The position numbers and the translations under genes were made by a program. The notes beneath the pieces are model-generated. The model was not told where the DNA came from and did no database searches. It worked only from the letters and a program-made list of their open reading frames with translations. Of a stretch of 64,000 nt of DNA, positions 47,809 through 58,219 are shown piece after piece. This DNA is from Fibrobacteria bacterium (GTDB taxonomy: Bacteria > Fibrobacterota > Fibrobacteria > UBA11236): NCBI GenBank assembly GCA_041746255.1, contig JBGTHM010000053.1, forward strand, positions 32,001-96,000, written 5' to 3'. The first letter of the stretch is position 1; the number at the start of each line of letters is the position of its first letter.

Positions 47809-47842
47809 GTTTACAAAACAAAATGCTTCGTTTACAAAGCAA
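47809..47842 (+). promoter_or_regulatory. Direct repeat with 21-bp period upstream of the RND operon
   Basis: GTTTACAAAACAA (47809) and GTTTACAAAGCAA (47830). Confidence 0.55.
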
Positions 47843-47881
47843 GGTAGCCCAAAGTTGCGCTCCTTGATACATTCTTTGGCT

Positions 47882-48970
47882 ATGAGCACAGTCAATCCTC
47901 CCCGGTCGCGTCGCCCCTATTTGTGGCTGGCAGTTATCGTCGCCTTCGGCATCGGCCTATTCGTCATCCGGGCTACCTTGGTACCCGCTCCGGCGGCGCC
48001 TCCGGCTCGTGGAGGGCCCGGAGGCGGCGGACCACCCCTGCAGGTTTCGGGCCTCTTGCTCAAAAACGAAAGGGTGGAGCGTATCATCCGTAGTTCGGGT
48101 ACGGTGCTGGCCGGAGAAGAAGTGGAATTGCGCAGCGAGACGGCGGGGCGCATAACGGGGATTCATTTCAAGGAAGGCCGTCCGATAAAGCGCGGCGACT
48201 TGCTTTTCAAAATTCACGACGCTGAACTGAGAGCCCAATTGGAAAGGGTGGAACCCCGATTACATTTGGCCGAAGAAAGGGAAAGCCGGCAGAAAATTTT
48301 GCTGGAACGCGAGGCGGTCAGCCGTGAGGAATATGATCTGGCCGTTCAGGAAAAGCGAAGCTTAACGGCCGAAAGAAATCTGCTTAAAGCCCAGTTGGAT
48401 AAAACCGAGATTCGCGCCCCCTTCGACGGAGTCGTGGGGCTCCGCAGCGTGAGCGTCGGCAGTTATGTTTCGCCGGGAACCCAATTGGCGGGCTTCTACA
48501 GCCTGAACCCTCTCAAAATCGACTTTTCCATACCCGAAGTCTACTTTTCGCGTGTGCGCGTGGGCGATACGGTGGCCGCTCAAATCCAGGGTTTGGAAGG
48601 AAAGGTAAGCGCCGTAATCGAGGCTTTGGAGCCTCGCCTTGACAGGGAAACGCGCATGTTGCGCATCCGGGGTCTGCTTCCCAATCCGGGCGGCAGAATT
48701 CCGCCCGGCGCCTCCGCCGGAATTGAATTGCCATTGTCTGGCGCCGTGGAATCCATCATGGTTCCCAGTACGGCCGTGCTTCCCGACATCAGCGGACAGA
48801 CGGTCTTTATGTATCGCGGCGGCAAAGCCGTACCGGTTTCCGTGATCGCGGGATACCGCACCGACGAAAAGGTGGAGATCGAAGGGGTTAACCCTGGTGA
48901 TACCCTCATTCTCTCCGGGCTTATCCAGATGAGGCCGGGAGCTTCGGTCACCTTGGGCGAGTTACAATAG
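47882..48970 (+). CDS. RND efflux membrane fusion protein
   Basis: N-terminal TM; SETAGRITGIHF.EG; IRAPFDGVVG. Confidence 0.93.
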   Translation: MSTVNPPRSRRPYLWLAVIVAFGIGLFVIRATLVPAPAAPPARGGPGGGGPPLQVSGLLLKNERVERIIRSSGTVLAGEEVELRSETAGRITGIHFKEGRPIKRGDLLFKIHDAELRAQLERVEPRLHLAEERESRQKILLEREAVSREEYDLAVQEKRSLTAERNLLKAQLDKTEIRAPFDGVVGLRSVSVGSYVSPGTQLAGFYSLNPLKIDFSIPEVYFSRVRVGDTVAAQIQGLEGKVSAVIEALEPRLDRETRMLRIRGLLPNPGGRIPPGASAGIELPLSGAVESIMVPSTAVLPDISGQTVFMYRGGKAVPVSVIAGYRTDEKVEIEGVNPGDTLILSGLIQMRPGASVTLGELQ

Positions 48971-48981
48971 GCCGGTAAAGC

Positions 48982-51900
48982 ATGACTCTTTCTTCCCTAT
49001 CCATCCGACGCCCCGTACTCGCGCTAATGCTGAACACGGTAATCATCCTGTTCGGCGTGGTATCGATGAGTTCGCTCGGGGTGCGTGATTACCCGGCCAT
49101 CGATCCGCCCATCATCACGGTATCCACCACCTATACGGGTGCAAATGCGGACGTGATGGAATCGCAAATCACCGAGCCGTTGGAAGAGTCGGTAAACGGG
49201 ATTGCGGGGGTGGTATCCATTACATCGGTAAGCCGTGATGGGCGTAGCACCATCACTCTTGAGTTCGATTTGGAGATGGATCTGGAGGCGGCCGCCAACG
49301 ATGTGCGGGACCGGGTGTCGCGTGCCATGCGGAATTTGCCTCCCGACGCCGAAAATCCGGTAATTTCCAAGGCCGATGCCAATGCCAGCCCCATCGTTTT
49401 TTTAAACGTGCAAAGCCAGACGCGCAATCATCTCGATTTGACCGCAGTCGCCAACGATCTTTTCAAGGAAAGATTACAGACCATCCCGGGAGTCAGCGAA
49501 GTGCGCATCTGGGGCGAAAAACGTTATTCCATGCGGCTTTGGCTCGATCCGCTCCGGATGGCGGCGCGCAATGTCACGGCCCAAGACGTAAAAAGCGCCT
49601 TGGACCGGGAGAACCTGGAATTGCCTTCGGGCCGGGTGGAAGGTAATCAAACCGAGTTGACGGTGCGCACGGTCAGCCGGTTGCAGAACATCGAGGAGTT
49701 CAACAACCTTATCATTCGCGAAGAAGGGGGGCAGGCGGTTCGTTTGCGCGATATCGGAAGCGCGACTCTCGGCGCGGAAAATACGCGCACGGTGCTAAAG
49801 CGCGATGGACGACCGATGATAGGCGTGGTACTGGTTCCCCAACCCGGCGCCAACCACATCGCCATATCGGACGAATTCTACAAACGGCTGGAATTTATAA
49901 AAAAGGATCTTCCGCAGGATATCGAATTGGGAATCGGCTTCGATACCACCGAATTCGTCCGACACTCGCTGAAGGAGGTGCGGAACACCATTTTACTGGC
50001 ACTATGCTTGGTGGTGCTGGTGATATTCATGTTTTTGCGAAATTGGCGCACGACTCTCATCCCCCTTTTGGCAATACCCATTTCTTTGCTGGGTTCATTT
50101 TTCATCATGTATATGGCCGGATTCTCCATCAACATCCTAACCTTGCTTGCGATTGTTCTCGCCACGGGTCTGGTGGTCGACGATGCCATCGTGGTGTTGG
50201 AAAATATCTACGCCAAAATCGAAATGGGTCTGGACCCTGTCGAGGCGGGCCATCGGGGAGCGAAGGAGATTTTCTTCGCCGTGGTTTCCACGACCTTGAC
50301 CTTGGCCGCCGTTTTTCTGCCCATACTTTTTCTGGCGGGTACTACGGGAAGATTGTTCCGGGAATTCGGAACCGTATTGGCGGGCAGCGTTATCATCTCC
50401 TCCTTCGTGTCCCTTAGCCTTACTCCAATGCTCTGTACCCGCATCCTCAAAGCGGGCGCCAAGCATGGCGCCTTTTATAATAAGACCGAAGCCATATTCC
50501 TGCGAGCCGTGGAAGGCTACCGCGAAGCTTTGACGTCTTTCATGCGGATTCGGTGGGTAGCCATCCTTTTGCTTGGTCTCTCGACTCTTCTGGTTTACGG
50601 GCTTTTTACGAGTCTGCCTTCGGAATTGGCTCCACTTGAAGATAAGGGGAGAATGAATATCATGGCTTCCGCGCAGGAAGGCGCCACGTTTGAATACATG
50701 GACGCAGCCATGGATAAAATCATCGATGTTATCCAGCGCACCGTACCGGAGAAGGACGGAATCATATCGGTTACCTCACCCGGGTTCGGAGCATCGGGAG
50801 GCGTGAATTCCGGATTTGTGCGCCTCATTCTTAAACCCGCGTCCGAACGTACGCGCACGCAGCAGGAAATCGCCGCGCAACTCGGCAGGGAGATGCGTTC
50901 CTTTTCGGATATACGGGTATTCGTAGCTCAGGAACCTACTCTGGGTGGCCGCCGTTTCAGCTTGCCGGTGCAATTCATCCTGCAGGCGCCTGACTTCGAA
51001 AGGTTGCGCGAAAAATTGCCTCTGTTCTTAGAGATGGCGCAGGAAGATCCGGTATTTCAAGGCGTGGACGTAGACTTGAAATTTACGAAGCCCGAATTAC
51101 GTCTCGAAATCGATAGGGAGAAGGCCCGTGCTTTGGGCGTTACTGCCGCCGAAATCGCGCAAAGTCTCCAGCTCAACTTGAGCGAAAGCCGGTACGGCTA
51201 TTTCGTCATGAATGGAAAACAATATCAAGTAATCGGTCAGTTGGAGCGCGAAGATCGGAACAAGCCGATAGACTTGAAATCGATTTATGTTCGTGGCCGT
51301 TCCGGGAGCCTAATTCAAATCGACAATCTCGTTCAATTGACCGAACAAAGCAGTCCACCCAGTCTTTATCGATATAACCGCTATTCGGCGGCCACGGTGT
51401 CGGCCGGGTTAGCTCCGGGCAGAACGCTGGACGAAGGCATCAAAGCGATGGAGCGTATCGCCGAAGAGGTGCTGGACGAGTCGTTCACGACGGCTTTGGG
51501 GGGTACCGCGCGCGATTTTTCAGAAAGCTCTTCCACTATGGTTTTTGCCTTTGTGTTTGCATTGATTCTGGTTTATATGGTTTTGGCCTCTCAATTCGAA
51601 AGTTTTCGTGATCCCTTAATTGTGATGCTTACGGTCCCCCTGGCGTTGGCGGGGGCGCTTTTCACCTTATGGTATTTCCGGCAAACCCTCAACATTTTCA
51701 GCCAAATCGGAATCATCATGTTAATCGGATTGGTTACTAAGAACGGTATCCTCATTGTGGAATTCGCCAATCAACGCAAACTGGCAGGCATGGCCTTTCG
51801 GGAAGCCATCATCGACGCGGCCGCCACCCGCTTTCGGCCCATTTTGATGACCAGTTTCACGACGGTACTGGGAACCTTGCCGATTGCCCTAGCGATCGGT

Positions 51901-52074
51901 GCGGGATCCGAAAGTCGGATGTCGATGGGTATCGCGGTTATCGGCGGGTTGCTGTTTTCCCTGGTGCTGACTTTATTCGTCATCCCGGCCATGTACAGTT
52001 ATTTGTCCAAAGACACCGGTAAGATGGAGATCGCCCCCGTCCAATCCGAAGCCGTCCACTCGGAGCGGGTATGA
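48982..52074 (+). CDS. RND efflux permease (AcrB/MdtB-like)
   Basis: SIRRPV, GLVVDDAIVVLENI, KNGILIVEFAN, RFRPILMT. Confidence 0.96.
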   Translation: MTLSSLSIRRPVLALMLNTVIILFGVVSMSSLGVRDYPAIDPPIITVSTTYTGANADVMESQITEPLEESVNGIAGVVSITSVSRDGRSTITLEFDLEMDLEAAANDVRDRVSRAMRNLPPDAENPVISKADANASPIVFLNVQSQTRNHLDLTAVANDLFKERLQTIPGVSEVRIWGEKRYSMRLWLDPLRMAARNVTAQDVKSALDRENLELPSGRVEGNQTELTVRTVSRLQNIEEFNNLIIREEGGQAVRLRDIGSATLGAENTRTVLKRDGRPMIGVVLVPQPGANHIAISDEFYKRLEFIKKDLPQDIELGIGFDTTEFVRHSLKEVRNTILLALCLVVLVIFMFLRNWRTTLIPLLAIPISLLGSFFIMYMAGFSINILTLLAIVLATGLVVDDAIVVLENIYAKIEMGLDPVEAGHRGAKEIFFAVVSTTLTLAAVFLPILFLAGTTGRLFREFGTVLAGSVIISSFVSLSLTPMLCTRILKAGAKHGAFYNKTEAIFLRAVEGYREALTSFMRIRWVAILLLGLSTLLVYGLFTSLPSELAPLEDKGRMNIMASAQEGATFEYMDAAMDKIIDVIQRTVPEKDGIISVTSPGFGASGGVNSGFVRLILKPASERTRTQQEIAAQLGREMRSFSDIRVFVAQEPTLGGRRFSLPVQFILQAPDFERLREKLPLFLEMAQEDPVFQGVDVDLKFTKPELRLEIDREKARALGVTAAEIAQSLQLNLSESRYGYFVMNGKQYQVIGQLEREDRNKPIDLKSIYVRGRSGSLIQIDNLVQLTEQSSPPSLYRYNRYSAATVSAGLAPGRTLDEGIKAMERIAEEVLDESFTTALGGTARDFSESSSTMVFAFVFALILVYMVLASQFESFRDPLIVMLTVPLALAGALFTLWYFRQTLNIFSQIGIIMLIGLVTKNGILIVEFANQRKLAGMAFREAIIDAAATRFRPILMTSFTTVLGTLPIALAIGAGSESRMSMGIAVIGGLLFSLVLTLFVIPAMYSYLSKDTGKMEIAPVQSEAVHSERV

Positions 52075-53381
52075 GGCCTGGACTTTTGCCGCAGCTTTTT
52101 TTCGCTAAATCCAAGCGGCGGAGAGCCCTGGTTACCGTTATTCCATTTTTGCTGGGAGGATTTTATTCCTTCAGTTTGGGAGAGCAATCCGTCCTTACCT
52201 TGGATGAAGCGGTTCGTATCGGTTTGGCGCAGAATTTTTCCATTTCCTTGGCTAAGGACGCGGCGGAAATCGCGGGAAACGACAGGTCCTTTTCGCGAGG
52301 GGCTTTTCTCCCCGAGGTAGCGGCGGGCGTTACCCATGGTCGGGAACCGGGAAGGGATGAGAGCGTTACTTCGGCGGGACTTACCGCGAACTGGATAATC
52401 TTCGATGGTCTGCAAAATTACCATGCCTATGGACGGCTTAAGGCGCGCGAACGGGCGGCGCATTTGGCGCACAAGGATAGAATGGAACGGGTACTGGAGG
52501 AAATCGTTGCTGCCTATTACGGAATCGTGCGCGAGAAGCAGGTGCGCGAAGCCCTGAAGGAATTGCTCTCGGTATCGGAGCAAAGGGCGAAGGTGGCGCA
52601 AGCGCGCCTGGAATTAGGTTCCGGATCCCGCCTGGAACAATTGCAGACCTTGGCCGATTTGAATGCCGATTCTTCCGCCCTCATCGATCAGGCGGCGCGC
52701 CTCCACGAGGCCGGCGTGCTTCTCAACTCCCTTTTGGCCCGTGACGCCGAAACGGTATTCGAAGTGTCCGACACCATACCTTTGGATTACGCTTTGCCCG
52801 TGGCGGCTTTTGCAAACGCGCTTCCACGGGATAATACCCTGTTGTTGCTGGCGGCCGTGGATCGCGACGCCGCTGAAAAGGCGGTCAAGGAAAGTCGCGC
52901 GTTGTGGTATCCCCGCATCAACGCGCAGGTTTCTTATTATGACACTCCCGAGGCATGGAACCCCGAAGGGGCGGACACGCGTGACGGTTTGGGTTTTGGC
53001 ATAAGCGCGTCGGTTCCGCTCTTTAACCGACTGCAGACATTGCGTCAGACCCGTAATGCGCGAATCGATTTGCGCCGCAGCGAAACGGGCTTGGCGGCAA
53101 CGGAACAGGCGGTATTGGCCGAGTTCTCTTCCTTGACCCAGCGTCATGCGGCGGGCATCATGCGGGTGCGGCTGGAGGAGCGCAACCTCGAGGTGTCGCG
53201 CCTTCAGGCCGAAGCGGCCGAGGAGCGCTATCGGGTCGGTACGACCACCTATTTGGAATTCCGGGATGCACAGCGTCGCCAACTCGATGCCCGTAGTCGA
53301 TTCATCGCCGCCCGCTTCCAGACCAAGGTGGCTGAAACGGCGCTAAGACGGTTGGGCGGTGATTTGGTGCGGGAGCAATGA
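52071..53381 (+). CDS. TolC-family outer-membrane channel
   Basis: LTLDEAVRIGLAQN, two helical/strand repeats, ERYRVG..LEFRDAQ. Confidence 0.9.
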   Translation: MRPGLLPQLFFAKSKRRRALVTVIPFLLGGFYSFSLGEQSVLTLDEAVRIGLAQNFSISLAKDAAEIAGNDRSFSRGAFLPEVAAGVTHGREPGRDESVTSAGLTANWIIFDGLQNYHAYGRLKARERAAHLAHKDRMERVLEEIVAAYYGIVREKQVREALKELLSVSEQRAKVAQARLELGSGSRLEQLQTLADLNADSSALIDQAARLHEAGVLLNSLLARDAETVFEVSDTIPLDYALPVAAFANALPRDNTLLLLAAVDRDAAEKAVKESRALWYPRINAQVSYYDTPEAWNPEGADTRDGLGFGISASVPLFNRLQTLRQTRNARIDLRRSETGLAATEQAVLAEFSSLTQRHAAGIMRVRLEERNLEVSRLQAEAAEERYRVGTTTYLEFRDAQRRQLDARSRFIAARFQTKVAETALRRLGGDLVREQ

Positions 53382-53684
53382 ATGGCTCTCAATCATTTCC
53401 GGCCGATTCTTTTCGCATGCGCCTTCGGAGCCCTGGGTTTATCCGCATTTGCCGATAAAGGCATTCCCGTGATTCCGGACCAGACATCCGCCTATGAGAC
53501 CCCTGAAAGGGTGCGAGTCGAGGCGGCTGCAAGTTCCGCTCCCAAGGGGCATCCTCGCTACAACGTCGGCGAAACCACGATGGGAGCGTTGGTTTTCTCC
53601 CTGCTGTTTATGCTCATTGTTATTCCGGCCATGTACCTCTATTTTACCAAGGTTTCGAACCGGAGGATTCCCCCTCCGGAGTGA
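53382..53684 (+). CDS. Small exported membrane-anchored protein resembling the RND C-terminal helix
   Basis: Starts immediately after the tolC stop; signal peptide ending SAFA; TM GALVFSLLFMLIVIPAMYLYFTK. Confidence 0.65.
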   Translation: MALNHFRPILFACAFGALGLSAFADKGIPVIPDQTSAYETPERVRVEAAASSAPKGHPRYNVGETTMGALVFSLLFMLIVIPAMYLYFTKVSNRRIPPPE

Positions 53685-55365
53685 AGGTTTCGCCCGTCTT
53701 TAAGTCCTGCTCCATATGCGACAAGATCTCGGAAGGCTCATGCGCATCTTTTACCAGTGTATCCCTTCGCTCCAGCTTACGCAATAATCCATCGGCTTGC
53801 ACCAATTGTTGAACCAACCGGCGAGTCATGCTCAGATTATCCAATAAAGATTCGGTGCGCGTAATGGAGACATTGCGTCCTACGGCTGCGGTTAACAGTC
53901 CGGTTTTCGCCTTTTCATAAGTTTCTTCGAAGCCCTCATAAAGTTCCAGCCGTAGCGAAAAAGCCTCATGAGCCGAATCGGCTTGCTGCTGCAGGGAAAT
54001 GTATTCAATGGCATTCTCCAAAACCGCCTCGATTCCGGATTTAGCCTCGGAATATTCCAATGCGGCGAGATCCTGGCGCAAAGCGTAGGCGTAAGGAGCC
54101 AGTCGCGCGGACTGATCGAGGTATCTCCAGATTTGCAATCCCTGCGTCAAATCGTTTCCCACCTCTTCGGCCATCTTTTCCGTACGCACTCCGGCCACGA
54201 ACTTGACGATGGCTTCGCCCAAATGCCGGACGGATTCGGATTGACGTTCAATGTCATCGGCCGATTTGACCGTTCCCAGCAAGGCGACGGACGAAATTTG
54301 GGTGACGATATCGCGTAGACGCCTGAGTTCGGCCTGTAGTGCCGAAACGGCGAGAGTGGGCGTGGTAGAGAGAGTGGAGTCGAGATGTCTCGGTTTCCCC
54401 AAATCCTCTTCGGCGCTACGAAAAGCCCTCTCCAATAAGCCTGCGAATTTTCCTGTGAAGGGAAGCAGCAAGGTTACTCCGAGGATTTTGAAGGTAGTAT
54501 GGAAAAGGGCAAGCGTGACGATGGGATTTTTCTCCAAGTCGAGCCATTCCGATAGATTGCTGATTAACAGCATGAGCAAAGGGAGAAGGAGCAATGCGAC
54601 CGCACCGGTAATCACATTGAAGAGAATATGCCCGAGCGCCAATCTTTTCGCATTGGATGTGGCTTTGATTACCGCGAAGGCCGCCGTAGTGGTGGTCCCC
54701 AGGCTGGCTCCGATTATCGCTCCCGCCGCGGGTTCGATCCCTATGACGCCACCTCCAACCGCGGTCAGGATGATGGCGATGGCGGCACTGGACGATTGTG
54801 TCAATAAGGTGGCGATAAAGCCAATGATGAAAAAAGCCGGCAGGCCGCCGCCATCCGCTACACCGGCTCCATAGGCTTCCGCCATGCCGCTGAAGGCGTC
54901 TTTGAGAATGGATAAGCCCAGAAAGAACAGGCCGAAACCGGCGAGGGCTGCGCCGAGCCCTTTATATTTTTTGCCCGGCGCCGTAAGGCCGAGGGCGACG
55001 CCCACCGTCAAAATCGGCATGGCAAAGGCATCGATTTTGAAGCCGCCGCCCACCAGGCTCACCAGCCAACTGGTAATAGTCGTGCCGATATTGGTTCCGA
55101 AAACCACGCCTAAGGCTTGCCGAAGCGATAGGATTCCCGCGTTGACGAATCCTATCGTGGCTACCGTAACCGCGCTGGAGGATTGTACCAGTCCCGTAAC
55201 CAGCACTCCCGAAAGGACACCACGCAACGGAGTGGACGTCCACCGGGCGAGCAATTTCCGGAGACCTCCGCCGGCGAAGATTTTCAGCCCGTCGGTCATC
55301 ATTTGCATGGCGAGCAGAAACAAAGCCAGGCCGCCGAGGGCGTTCAGTATGGTGGGCAAGGACAT
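53644..55365 (-). CDS. Na/Pi cotransporter family protein
   Basis: GGLALFL, VQSSSA, GTNIGTT, second repeat TQSSSA..GASLGTT, helical PhoU-like tail. Confidence 0.92.
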   Translation of the reverse strand: MSLPTILNALGGLALFLLAMQMMTDGLKIFAGGGLRKLLARWTSTPLRGVLSGVLVTGLVQSSSAVTVATIGFVNAGILSLRQALGVVFGTNIGTTITSWLVSLVGGGFKIDAFAMPILTVGVALGLTAPGKKYKGLGAALAGFGLFFLGLSILKDAFSGMAEAYGAGVADGGGLPAFFIIGFIATLLTQSSSAAIAIILTAVGGGVIGIEPAAGAIIGASLGTTTTAAFAVIKATSNAKRLALGHILFNVITGAVALLLLPLLMLLISNLSEWLDLEKNPIVTLALFHTTFKILGVTLLLPFTGKFAGLLERAFRSAEEDLGKPRHLDSTLSTTPTLAVSALQAELRRLRDIVTQISSVALLGTVKSADDIERQSESVRHLGEAIVKFVAGVRTEKMAEEVGNDLTQGLQIWRYLDQSARLAPYAYALRQDLAALEYSEAKSGIEAVLENAIEYISLQQQADSAHEAFSLRLELYEGFEETYEKAKTGLLTAAVGRNVSITRTESLLDNLSMTRRLVQQLVQADGLLRKLERRDTLVKDAHEPSEILSHMEQDLKTGETFTPEGESSGSKPW

Positions 55366-55369
55366 GCCT

Positions 55370-56218
55370 TTAAGTTTTTCGGTGGTATAAATACATGGTG
55401 ATGGGGCCGAATATCGCTATGAGCAAGGCGGAAATCAACATCACCCATCCGATTTGACCCGCGGTAATTGTTCCGTGCATCAAACCGCGAGCGGCCGTAG
55501 TCGCATGTGAAATGGGATTGGCGGCTACGAAACCCTGTAACCATCCCGGCATGGTGGCGGGGTCCACGAAAATATTGCTGGCGAAAGTCAAAAAGAACAG
55601 GATCATGGAGCTCATCATCATCACCGACTCTTGCGATTTGAGAATAAGTCCGAGCATTATCCAAATCCAAGACACGCTGAACGAGAATACTTGAACCATT
55701 GCCAGGGCGATTAGGACTCCAAGTATTCCACCTCCGGGACGGAATCCCAAGACCACACCCAATACGAGCACCACGCTACCCGCCAGGGTATAACGCACCA
55801 CATCTCCGAGCAAGGCGCCCACCAGCGGAGAAGGGCTCCAGATGGGTAGGGAACGGAAACGGTCGAACACTCCCTTGGCGATGTCGGTATTGAGGGCGAT
55901 GCCGGTATACATGGTGATGAAGACGATGGTTTGCACCAGGATCCCCGGTAAAAGAAATTGCAAATAGTCCTGCGTCGACCCGGCAAGGGCGCCGCCGAAC
56001 AGGTAGGTAAACATCAAGGTGAACATGATGGGGAAGGCGGTGACGTCGAACAGTTGCATGGGAACATGCTTTATTTTCAACATGGCGCGCCACCCAAAGG
56101 TGAGCGAAACGGATATCGGGCCCGGTCGCGCCGGACGGGTTCGGGCCGAGAGGGCTTTCCGGAGCGAATCCGAAACTCCGGAAGGGGTGACGCTGGTTTT
56201 ATTCGGGGCCGCGGTCAT
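55370..56218 (-). CDS. ABC-2 type permease, DrrB-like
   Basis: [38 protein letters not shown]. Confidence 0.9.
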   Translation of the reverse strand: MTAAPNKTSVTPSGVSDSLRKALSARTRPARPGPISVSLTFGWRAMLKIKHVPMQLFDVTAFPIMFTLMFTYLFGGALAGSTQDYLQFLLPGILVQTIVFITMYTGIALNTDIAKGVFDRFRSLPIWSPSPLVGALLGDVVRYTLAGSVVLVLGVVLGFRPGGGILGVLIALAMVQVFSFSVSWIWIMLGLILKSQESVMMMSSMILFFLTFASNIFVDPATMPGWLQGFVAANPISHATTAARGLMHGTITAGQIGWVMLISALLIAIFGPITMYLYHRKT

Positions 56219-57198
56219 GCTGACTTCTCCTCCACCGGCGATTTATTTTCGGGAGTCCGGCCGGTCAAAGCGAGAAATACCTCGTCCAAGCTGGGTTGCC
56301 CCAAGGCGAAATCGGTGACCGCAATGCCGGAACGCGTGAGTTCGACCAGGGCATGAGCCACTTTTTCGGCATTGGAAACGCGGGCCGAAAGCGCCAAAGG
56401 ATCCGCTTCGAAATGCAGGGAGACGCCCAAAGCCTGCGCTAATATGCGTTCGGCATTCGGACGATCCTGCGGATCGCTCAGCCGGATATGCAAGGCGCCC
56501 GCTCCTACCGAAGCCTTCAGCTCCTTGCTGGTACCTTCCGCGATAACCTTGCCGTAGTCGATGACGGCGATGCGTTCCGCAAGCTGATCGGCTTCTTCCA
56601 AATACTGGGTGGTCAGCAACACCGTGGTGCCGTCGGCGGCGAGAGCGCGGACAATTTCCCAAACTTGATTGCGGCTGCGCGGATCAAGACCGGTAGTGGG
56701 CTCGTCCAGAAAAAGTAAATCCGGCGTGATCACGATGCTGGCCGCGACGTCAAGTCTACGGCGCATGCCACCCGAATAGGTTTTCACCAGGCGCCCTCCG
56801 GCTTCGGACAAATCAAACGCATCCAGGAGTTCTTGGGCGCGTACCCGGGCTTGCTTTCTGCCATGGCCCAAGAGGCGCGCCAACAACACGAGGTTTTCCA
56901 CTCCGGTCAGTTCTTCGTCGACGGAGGCGAACTGCCCGGTGAGGCTTACCCGTCCGCGTACTGCGTCCCCTTCGTTTACGATATCATGTCCGAAAACCCG
57001 GGCCATTCCGGAGTCGGGCGTAATCAGGGTGGCAAGCATTCGGATGGTGGTGGTTTTACCGGCGCCATTGGGGCCTAAAAAGCCATAGACGGTGCCTGCC
57101 CGCACGGACAAGTCGACTCCGTCTACGGCGCGAGTCTCACCGAATACCTTCACCAACCCCGAGGCTTCGATGGCAAGGGTGGAATTGGATGCAGTCAT
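56215..57198 (-). CDS. ABC ATPase, DrrA-like
   Basis: [40 protein letters not shown]. Confidence 0.93.
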   Translation of the reverse strand: MTASNSTLAIEASGLVKVFGETRAVDGVDLSVRAGTVYGFLGPNGAGKTTTIRMLATLITPDSGMARVFGHDIVNEGDAVRGRVSLTGQFASVDEELTGVENLVLLARLLGHGRKQARVRAQELLDAFDLSEAGGRLVKTYSGGMRRRLDVAASIVITPDLLFLDEPTTGLDPRSRNQVWEIVRALAADGTTVLLTTQYLEEADQLAERIAVIDYGKVIAEGTSKELKASVGAGALHIRLSDPQDRPNAERILAQALGVSLHFEADPLALSARVSNAEKVAHALVELTRSGIAVTDFALGQPSLDEVFLALTGRTPENKSPVEEKSA

Positions 57199-57278
57199 GA
57201 CAGTTCCGTTCGGGGGAAAAATGCGATTTGATAAAATTCGAATTTGTCTATGGAATTGTCAAAATGACTGATGCCTAT

Positions 57279-57794
57279 TCAGGTATTTAAACCTTTCTTG
57301 ATTAAGGCGACCAGTTGATCGAGAGCGGCGCCCCAACCTTCATGGAAACCCATTTCCTCATGTTTTTTACGGCTCTCAGGGCCGTCATGGATAGCGGTAG
57401 CGGTGTATTTAGTGCCCTGTCCGTGGGTTTCGAAGCGGATGATCGCAGTCATATACCCCATTTCTCCACCCGTCATGGATTTCCGCTGCGCCGGCCGATA
57501 GCCCGGTAACAAAGCATCGGTCCAAACCAGTTTTTCCATGGGTACCACTTCGAGGAAACAGCCGTCATTGGAGAATTCCTCTCCCTCGGGTGAGCGCATG
57601 ACGGTGCGGAAGAGACCGCCCGGTCTTAAATCGATTTCGCATCCGGGTGTGGTCCAGGGAGCGGGCGTAAACCATTGCTTAATCTGTTCCGGGGTCGTCC
57701 AGGCTTTCCACACCAACTCGCGAGGAACGTCTATCACGCGCTCAAGCACAAGGTCCAGTTCGGGGTCGGGCTGAAAATGTCGGGAATCGTTCAT
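57279..57794 (-). CDS. SRPBCC/AHSA1 domain protein
   Basis: [35 protein letters not shown]. Confidence 0.92.
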   Translation of the reverse strand: MNDSRHFQPDPELDLVLERVIDVPRELVWKAWTTPEQIKQWFTPAPWTTPGCEIDLRPGGLFRTVMRSPEGEEFSNDGCFLEVVPMEKLVWTDALLPGYRPAQRKSMTGGEMGYMTAIIRFETHGQGTKYTATAIHDGPESRKKHEEMGFHEGWGAALDQLVALIKKGLNT

Positions 57795-58132
57795 GATTTT
57801 TTCTCCTTTTGGGTTTTGAGGTAGAGGTCCAATTGATCAAGCCGCCGCTCCCACAGCGTGCGACGATTTTCTATCCACTTTCCGGCCAATGCCAGTCCAT
57901 TCGGTTCGATACGACAGGTGCGAGTCCTTCCAATTTTCTCAGTACGAACCAATCCACTGGTTTCCAGCAATTGTAAATGTTGAACTACTGCCGCCAGCGA
58001 GATATTGAGAGGTACGGCGAGTTGCGTAACGGATACGGGTTTTTCGCTAAGAATTTCGATGATTTCCCTCCGCGTGGGATCGCCCAACGCCCGGAAGATG
58101 AGGTCAATGGAAGGCTTGTCAAACTGTTTCAA
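57791..58132 (-). CDS. ArsR/SmtB family transcriptional regulator
   Basis: [31 protein letters not shown]. Confidence 0.92.
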   Translation of the reverse strand: MKQFDKPSIDLIFRALGDPTRREIIEILSEKPVSVTQLAVPLNISLAAVVQHLQLLETSGLVRTEKIGRTRTCRIEPNGLALAGKWIENRRTLWERRLDQLDLYLKTQKEKKS

Positions 58133-58148
58133 TGGAGCCCTCGGACCA

Positions 58149-58196
58149 ATACTTAAGCATTCACTTAAGTATAAAGATTTCGAAAGTGAATGTCAA
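58149..58196 (-). promoter_or_regulatory. Sigma70 promoter with overlapping palindromic ArsR operator
   Basis: TTGACA-17-TATACT (58196-58168); ATACTTAAG-N6-CTTAAGTAT (58149-58172). Confidence 0.85.
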
Positions 58197-58219
58197 ACGC
58201 CCAATTTTGGGCCCCGATT

